Assembly (NCBI GenBank): GCA_030167865.1
Contig: JALAGF010004044.1
Location: forward strand, 1-32,568
Reading direction: 5' to 3'
Length of the DNA stretch: 32,568 nt
DNA from: Craspedostauros australis
Lineage: Eukaryota
The notes beneath the pieces were generated by a model that was given only the letters and a program-made list of their open reading frames with translations, had not been told where the DNA came from and did no database searches. The translations under genes and the position numbers were made by a program. Position 1 is the stretch's first letter. Every line of letters starts with the position of its first letter. Below, one piece after another: positions 24,917 to 32,568 of this stretch.

Positions 24917-26308
24917 TCACACAAGCGATGATCTGGACATAGATGAGATTGATCGAACACGACGAAAGGTCGCCCCTCGTTGTGAGGCACGCAGATTGGT
25001 GGGCTGAAGTGGTGTGGATTCGTCTGATTCTGTCTGTGCGTCATTGAAACGAACCTTGCTGTCGCTGTCGGTCGGCAGGGGGATGACAGCTGCTGGTTCC
25101 GCTGTGAGGAAGTTGTCTGCTCCAGCCAAGCACACGGGGACGTAGCTCGCTTTGTGGCAATCCACCAGCCACTTGCGGTACTCCTCGCGCTTCTTAACGG
25201 AATCGAGCGCAGAGCTACCCCACCCGTCCAATTGGCTAGTTTGCAACAGCCCGGCATCTTGATAATAGCGCAGGAAGCGGTCGTACGCGTGCTGGCTGAA
25301 CCAGTACGTTGGCATGATACTCAGCGATGCCAATAGTCCAGGCCCATATGCCTGCTTGAGCAACATCATCGTCGTCATGAAGATCTGTGGGCAGAATGAC
25401 GATGGATGCGATTTCAGGGAAGCGGTGAGCAACAGCGATGTGTGTACCATACGTACCCATCGAGGCGTGTGCTTACGCGTGCAACAGTGCTGGCACCGCG
25501 TAATTCGCACGGAGCGTACCATACAACATGCCACAAGGCATGATCATACAAGGCCATATTATCAGAGCATTGGCAGCAATGGCAGGACAAGTGACAACGG
25601 CAGGACAAGTGGCAACGGCAATGCTCGGCCTTCTGACTTACCTGAGAAAGGATCATGGCGGAGATGAAAATCTCAAAGATGAGCGGCCAACGATTGCCTC
25701 CGCTGTCATAGTTCGGGCGGTAGACGAAGATCAACAGCCATCGGATCAAGGGGGATGCGATGATCATGTACGCCAGCGCAATCGGTGCGACCAGCGGGCT
25801 GACGGGCGACAGGGAAATGACGCAGAGAAACACGACGCCCGTGTCGACATAGAGCCTGAATGGCACCGGCATGCCCGCCCCTCCTCCACGCATGACCCGT
25901 GCCAGCCATTTGAAGCGCACCGAGCTGGCAACGAGGGCACCGATTTGCAGCAAGTAAAATAACGGATACACGTGGCAGAGCCGCACAATCATCCAGTTCA
26001 ACCAACTGAACCATCAAGTTTTGCGGGAGTATCAAAAAAAAAGAAGAAGAATAGGAAGGGCAATCAGTCAATCTCAATCAAATCTGATGGGTGAATAAAA
26101 GCGTCACCATCTTAGTCTGCTACCGCACAACATCAAAGGCGAATAGGGACCATAACGGAGACCATTCACTTGTACTTACGTGGCTGAGACTTGGGTTGGG
26201 ATGATCGCCGCCACATTGCGCAGAACGGTCTGGAATTCTCGTCCGATTGTGATCTCTTTGGTGCGCCGCAGCAGAATATGGTGTAGATACAAATGGTATG
26301 GAGATAGG

Positions 26309-26352
<44 letters not shown>

Positions 26353-29300
26353 ACGCGCGCACGAAAAAACGTGCCGTTTCATTGTGGGGACCAATTGACA
26401 GACGTGTAAGGGGCGAGCTTTGCTTTGCAACAAGCATGTCGCAGTGCGAAATGATGTACCGATCATACGCACTTGTGCGCCGTGGACTGTTCGTTGGCTC
26501 ACGGAACGCTGAGCGTGCGCAGCGTGATGAAGTGAACAGCAATCAAGTGCAACGTACCAGAACCGAGACCCTCCAGCACCATCGTCGCGAGGGATGTACC
26601 CGTGAAGGCTGTCATGAGACTAAAGTACCAATAATACTTCAGCGCCACGACTTCGGCTGCTCTCACGCTCGTTGCGCCACTTCCGAAATTTGCAATCGCC
26701 TTGAAAATGTGTGGGCAAATGGAGAAGAACAGAGTGTACAGCACTCCAGTCAAGAAACCAGAAATAGAATCTGCGTTGGTATTGCCCTGCATTCGATGGA
26801 GCTTTGGGAATAGCTCCGTCAGGTTCTCAGTGGAAAGCAACGAAGATGCGGCGCTGGAAAAGTGGTGCGTTTGAGGATGTATGTTTGAATGCATGCAGCG
26901 GATATCGACATTCAGTTGAACAAGTGATGACGATGATGACCACAGCGATGACGACGAAGATGTTGAAACAATGAATATAACAATCAAAGAGGAAGGAGAA
27001 CACAAGGCCGTGAGTAGTGGGATTGGCGTGTTGATTCAACGATCCTGGCGGTACCATCATGATGGACACGGTTCTGCAGAGAGTAGAACATCTTCATATG
27101 ACATGCTGAAGACTTACGCCAGAGGTATTGTGTACAGAAAGTACATCAGGAAGAGAAGAACATACGAGCTGTGGTGTCGGTTCCGCGAATCATGCACGAT
27201 TATCCGAGTACAAGACAGCACCAGCGATCCAGCGTAAGCGTTGCCGTCAAAGTAGAGATTGAAGTGCACACATATGTGAGTAAAAATGCCATTGTCGAAT
27301 GTGCAGATGGTGCGCTTGGCGTAGATGAAATAAATGGCAAGAGTTGGGAGCAGGTACCTGGGGTTGCACGTCGCGCATATCTGTAGCAGCGACAGAAGTC
27401 GTCGAAGCGTCACACATAGCCATCAAAGCACATCATTGACCAACGCAGAATGCAAAACTGCATTGGTACCGCACTCACATGAGCTTCCTGGTGAACTTTT
27501 GTCGATTGTTGATTGTCAAGGTCACTGGTTGGCAGAAGTTCCGACGATGCCAAAAGTTGTACGGAGCCGCATCAGCCAACGGCGGAACCGGAATATCTTC
27601 CACCTGCCTCCACATGCCCATTGCATTTCCGTCCATGGTGCACTGCCTTGCAGCCAGCGCAGCCTGGCGGCTTGTGAACGTCACGACGGCATACGTATTG
27701 GTTTTGATTGCGATGTCCACCAAATCCTTCGATGTGGATGCTGCACTTGTGAGGACCTTTTCGTTGATCTCTTGGAACCTCGCTCTCCAGTTTTTCGTTA
27801 GCGGGACTCGCAATTCCCCCGTATCAAGAAAACGATACTGTGGCTTCTTTTTCCTTCGCTTTCCACTTTGAACCGGCTGAGTGAGCAACTGAGCCTTTGT
27901 CCAGTTGTCTTCCGCTTCTGCAGCTTGCGTCATCACGATTGATTCGCGACGTCGCAAGGACGAAACACGCAGGGCGGGCTTGGTGGATGACATAGTGGCC
28001 ACGCTGGCACCATGGAGCAGCACCATGGCACGGGTCTCATGGACGGATTTCGCGTTGAGGTCATCTAGCTTCGCGTCCAATGTTGCTTCTTTCACTCTTG
28101 ATCTTGCCTTCAGCAGTCTTTCGTTCGCTGCCTCCAACACCTCCTTGGCATCCTCTTCCATCTCAATGAGACGTTCCATGTCGGCCATGCGGACCATCTC
28201 TTCGCAGCAACCGCGCATGCAACAACCTCCGCCGCTGCGGGCGAACTCAACCGCGTATGTGGACGTTTGTTCCGGCCCGTACGATTTCAAGAATCTGTCA
28301 AAGTACCAATCCTCGTCGAATCCAACCTCCCTTGCAAATTCTCTCCTCTCGTCTTCTGACATTTGATACATGCAGTAGAAGTCTTCGTCGTCGCCGTTGT
28401 CATCAGTGTGCTTGAATGCTTCAGCCCTCGGGTCTTTCCCAGGATAATCGTGCTGGAAAATATCTTGGAGTGTCATAGAGGATTTGCGGCTCCCCTTTGT
28501 CTTCACAAAATCTCTTTCTGCCGAATCCGGTCGCGAAGCTGGAAATTTAGGTTGACTCAGGCTGTCGAGAAATGAGGAAACTTCTTCGTCATCGTAGTTG
28601 TCGCCGTCGTCGTCGGCAGCGCAAGGACTATGGTGATCATCGTCGCTCGCGCCGTTATCAACATCGCCCACACGCGCATTTCCATCCTCTACCTCGCTTT
28701 CCTGTATTGGAGCCATTCCCCATGACTTGCCTTTGTCTTTGTCGTTGCCATTGTGCTGCGAGGCCTGTTCGTTTTTTGAGGGTGCAGATCGATGACCTTG
28801 CTGTCGTGCGGCCTCGGCGGCGGTGGTGGTAGCGCTGCTGCTGCTTCCACTTTGGCCGATATCCGCTGGACCCCCTTCCATTCCACCCTGTTGCTCGATG
28901 TCGCCAGTGTCACATTCTTCGCCGTTTTCACCACTATAGGTACTTTCGGCGTCTTCGAAATTGCCTATGTCCAAGAATGATTCAGTTCTTTGGTTCCTCA
29001 TCTGCCCCGGATCGGTTTGCTGCGGCAAGACAGCTTGCTCTGAGACAGCTTCTGAAGGCTGGTCTGCGCCATCCGCTCCAAACCGCGGCGGCGATGACTT
29101 GCCTTCCTCGGCACCATCATCGCTATTTCCATGTGGAACAGCTGCTCCTGCAGACGCCGCATCTGGCATGTGGCAGGATTCGAAGGCACTCGAATTGTGC
29201 TCTGTGCCATCATGCTCTGCATCGCTCTCCATGATTGCACTCATTTTGGATCTCGCTGAAGAACTGAGTGGTTCGAAGGATGAGATGGAATGACTTGCGT

Positions 29301-30450
29301 TGGCATTGGCATTGGCATTGGCGGTGTCGCTGGCGTTCCCGCTCGTAGCCGTGCTCTCTTCGTGCGCTGTGAAATAAAGAGACTCATCTTGGCTTGAGCC
29401 ACTGCGTTCTCGCAGCTTCGACATCCTCTGTCGTATATACCGCAAACGCCGGATCCTCCGGGCTGCCTTGTACCAGATGGACCATGCAGCGCTGAGTTCG
29501 TTGGCGTTCGGAAGGATCGTGACAGCGGCGACGGAGCTGGAGAAACCGGGTTGATTCGGGATGCATTGGTCGAAGAATTGAGTCGTCAGGTACAGCTGCC
29601 AGTCCTTGCTGGCGTTATTTTGCTGCTGCGACAAGTCGTCAGGCAGTCTGTACAGGACGCTCCACAATGCCACGTTTGGAACTGTGACGCGCAGCTCCGG
29701 GTGCGGAATGAACGACGGTATGTCTTGGGGGCTGACATCGCACGGTTCGTGGAGCAGATCCAGGCTCTCCTTCTCGTTCCGCCGGTCCTGCCAGTGATCG
29801 TACTCCATGTGGAAGACACGGCGCAGCGCCAGCAGGTCGATCCATTCTCGCCATAGCAATGACGCAGTGTAGATGTACAGCAGGTACGCGAAGAGCACCG
29901 TGGCGTACAGCCTTGCGACAATTCCTGAAGCATCGAGGGATTCCGTCGCGGCGGTCTCGAGGCTGGGGACGTTGGCCAACGTCGTTTTCTCGTAATCCGT
30001 CAGATTTCGGAGCTGCGTGCAGGTGTTCGTAACTTGCTTCGCCGCACCGCACGTCACCGTGAGGTTCATCGGCAAGATGAGCCCCATGCAGCCGAGCGTC
30101 GCCAGCAAGGCTATCTTGAAGCACAGCACGTGCATGCGAACCAGGACCAGCCCATCGAGGTTGCATCTGAGGAACTTCCCCATTTCGCCACCCTTACGCG
30201 TGCCTGTGCCTGGTATGCCCTTCAACATGTCTTGGTACGAAAGGTGGATGGACCAGGTGAACCAGCTCAGGCAGTATGGATACCGCAGGACGTTCTTGAT
30301 GACCTTGTCAGATCGTGCCCACGTCCTTGGTGCGATCACGTCGTTTATCTTTCCTGACTTCACGATCATGCCAAACACCAAGAAGGAACCGGTCATCACG
30401 CCGATCCCGATACCCAAATTCACCCCGATCAACCGCAGCGTCACCGTCAT
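24917..30450 (-). CDS. OSCA/TMEM63 (CSC1/ERD4, DUF221) calcium-permeable osmo/mechanosensitive channel; exons 30450-27479, 27168-27118, 26853-26558, 26255-26180, 26005-25642, 25384-24917
   Basis: N-terminal TM + APR; LDGLVLVR..LILPMN; LEKTTLANV-like YEKTTLANVP; cytosolic YAVVTFTSRQAALAARQ. The 7TM region includes YTIPLA, FFSICPHIFKAIANF, SPVSPLVAP, WLLIFVYRPNYDSGGNRWP and MLLKQAYGPG. Five GT..AG introns join with consistent phases (2,2,1,2,0); the acceptor of intron 3 is AAG. Confidence 0.9.
26309..26352. repeat. Compound microsatellite (GT)12(GA)10 in OSCA intron 3
   Basis: Directly visible. Confidence 0.96.
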
Positions 30451-31404
30451 GATGCCAGACTACTTTCGCCTTCAGGGGGAGTGCTATTGCGAGTTTGTAT
30501 TCTCCTCGTCTCCGGTACCCTGGATTCTATGGCTTCACTTCCTTGTTTGTGTCGATGGGAGAGTGACAACGAGGATGGCAGAACAGGAGCAGCAGGCACG
30601 AGAATGTATGAGTAAGTCGGCCTGGAAGGTCGGAGATCGATGCGTTCTCCTCCGAGTCGTACATGGCCCGTCGTTCGAGGTTCTGCGTCTTCCTCTTTCG
30701 CGGCCCGGCCATCGCATGGTGTGGAGGCGCCGCTCGACAGAGAAAGATGCTGAAGGAAAGAGAACATGACGGGCAACGCAGCTGTTGACACCGAGAATGC
30801 AAACCGACTAATCGAATGGGTCGATCCACGAACAAGTCAGAACTATGGCTGGCAGGCTAACTGCAGAGTACTCGTAGAGTGTAGAGCGGCGAGAGAGTTT
30901 GGCATATTGCACAGTAGAGCATGGGTATGGTGTGGTATGGTATGGTATGGTAACATAGAGAAACACATACAGAATACTCTACTCATGCTTGTAGAAGCGT
31001 TGGTGAAGGGCCTCGCATGTGTAGGACGAGATCACGAGAGTTCCATCTCATACTACCTCTCCAACTCCTACACCAGAGATCGTACAGACCCGTCGCACCC
31101 AGCAGATACCTGAGTGGATGCGTGAAAGTTTGGCAGGGCATCAGTGAAGCGGTAATGGCGGAGGATCTGTCCATGTCTTGGAAGTCGTGCGGTATGTATG
31201 GTTCTCCGCTAATATTCGTTCATTTTATCTGGCATGTGATGGTAATTTTACGGTACGAATATAGTTGAGTATTATATGGATCTGTGCTTCTGTAGAGATC
31301 CCGCAGAGCAAGCAGCCTGATGTGTCTTCCAAGGTTAGGCATCTCACCCAGAAGATGTCCAGCATCTGCCCCATCAACTGTCCAACAGCCACCAACCAAC
31401 GAAC

Positions 31405-32568
31405 CTACACCGAGAACAGCATCAAGGAAGATGCGATAGCAAATGCACCAAATAGGAAGGAGTAAGTCACAATCTTGCTGTCATCTGGACAGTACCGCTG
31501 TGCGGTTGGGAACAGCTCATCAATGGAGATGACGGTCATCATTCCGCTGACCAGCCCAAAGACGATTCCGTATGCGTTGCCAGAGAAGGTGCTGGAGAAG
31601 ATGCCCCATCCGATCAATGCGCCGATTGGTTCGGAGACGCCGGAAAGGATCCCCCATCCGAACGCGTACCAGCGGCGTCCAGTGGCATAGTAGATGGGCA
31701 TGGCAACACACAGACCTTCGGGGATGTTGTGGACAGCAATGCCGACGGCAAGAGCGATGCCGACGGTCGGATCATCCACGTAGGAGACGAAGGTCACAAG
31801 GCCTTCCGGGAAGTTGTGGATGGCTGTCGTCACATGTTAGATGTTGGTGAATGTTGAGTAGTAATGATTGATATTGGTACACATTGGTACACATTGATGC
31901 ACATTGATGCACATTGATACATATTGGTACAGGTTCGTACGCAATGGCGCAAATATTAGTAGATACACAGAGAAGGTGGAATGATACGGTGAGAATCGAT
32001 GAGTTGTCTTTTGGTGTGCACCACACAGTCAAGTCCAGATGATATTATACTTGCAGTTTGAGATCTGTTCCAACAAACACGAGCAGAGCAGAACAGAGCA
32101 GAACAGACCGTCACTGTTTGCGTACCGATTGCGAGGGCCATCACGAAGCCCATGTGCATCAATGGTCTTTGATCAGCCTTGATGGCGGCGAGAGCTGAAT
32201 CATCAGATGTATCTGACGAGCCATCGTCTTTCTCGACATCTTGCTTTCCATGGGTGGGGGATGAGGTTGGGTTGACACGGACCACACCTGGAGCAGCCTC
32301 ATTTCCATCACTTCTGTGATTGGCACCATCGGCAGAAACGACCTCCTCGGATTCTTCAGCATCCACCATCTCCTTTGCCATTTCATGGATGCGGTCGATC
32401 TCCTTGGCCGGATCAGGCTCCAGGTAGTGCATGGGACCAGCCGATGATAGGATGGGAGAAGGAGGTGCGTCCATGATTGGATCGTTGTGGCCAGCATGCA
32501 TGATCACGTCGGCGGCAGTGACCATTTGGCCATTCATCATCTTCTCGACAAGCCAATTGAGGAACTGA
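31405..32568 (-). CDS. zupT: ZIP-family (ZupT/GufA-type) zinc/divalent-metal transporter, 5'-truncated; exons >32568-32126 and 31823-31405
   Basis: Splicing ATC G|GTACG..ACAG|CC gives MALAIAIHNFPEGLVTF (TM4), then IAVHNIPEGLCVAMP (TM5), LSGVSEPIGA and GMMTVISIDELFPTA. An acidic cytosolic loop precedes TM4. Confidence 0.93.
31871..31930. repeat. Six imperfect 10-bp tandem units (A[C/T]ATTG[G/A]T[A/G]C) in the ZIP intron
   Basis: atattggtac acattggtac acattgatgc acattgatgc acattgatac atattggtac. Confidence 0.9.

Noticed and set aside
27358-27380. Possible micro-exon inside OSCA intron 1 (CAG|ATATG..CCAG|GTACC)
   Set aside because: It is 23 nt long and would shift the frame; direct joining of 27479 to 27168 already gives a sensible TM helix.
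31871-31930. Short tandem repeats considered as a CRISPR-like array
   Set aside because: The 10-bp units are contiguous with no spacers, lie in a eukaryotic intron, and no cas genes are present.

Overview
Eukaryotic, intron-containing genomic DNA, most likely from a pennate diatom. This is inferred from signal-peptide + 'AF'-type plastid presequences, GT-AG introns of about 170-575 nt and diatom-type gene families; the species cannot be established from the sequence. Ten protein-coding genes can be supported, in order: (1) a 5'-truncated COG3899-like STAND/AAA ATPase with a helical-repeat tail; (2) a small, probably plastid-targeted membrane protein of unknown function; (3) a probably plastid-targeted fusion of an AtpI/CGL160-like membrane domain and a degenerate guanylate-kinase domain; (4) a CobW/COG0523 metallochaperone GTPase with Cys/His repeats; (5) a three-exon mitochondrial Hsp70; (6) a Rubisco-LSMT-like SET methyltransferase; (7) a secreted Cys-rich mosaic protein with Myxococcus-type repeats; (8) a large GNAT-like protein; (9) a six-exon OSCA/TMEM63 channel with a very large cytosolic insertion; (10) a 5'-truncated ZIP/ZupT transporter. 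Several microsatellites are present. I saw no RNA genes, CRISPR arrays or recognisable transposons. The best novelty candidate is the AtpI/CGL160 + pseudo-guanylate-kinase fusion. All family calls come from motif recognition by eye, not from database searches.
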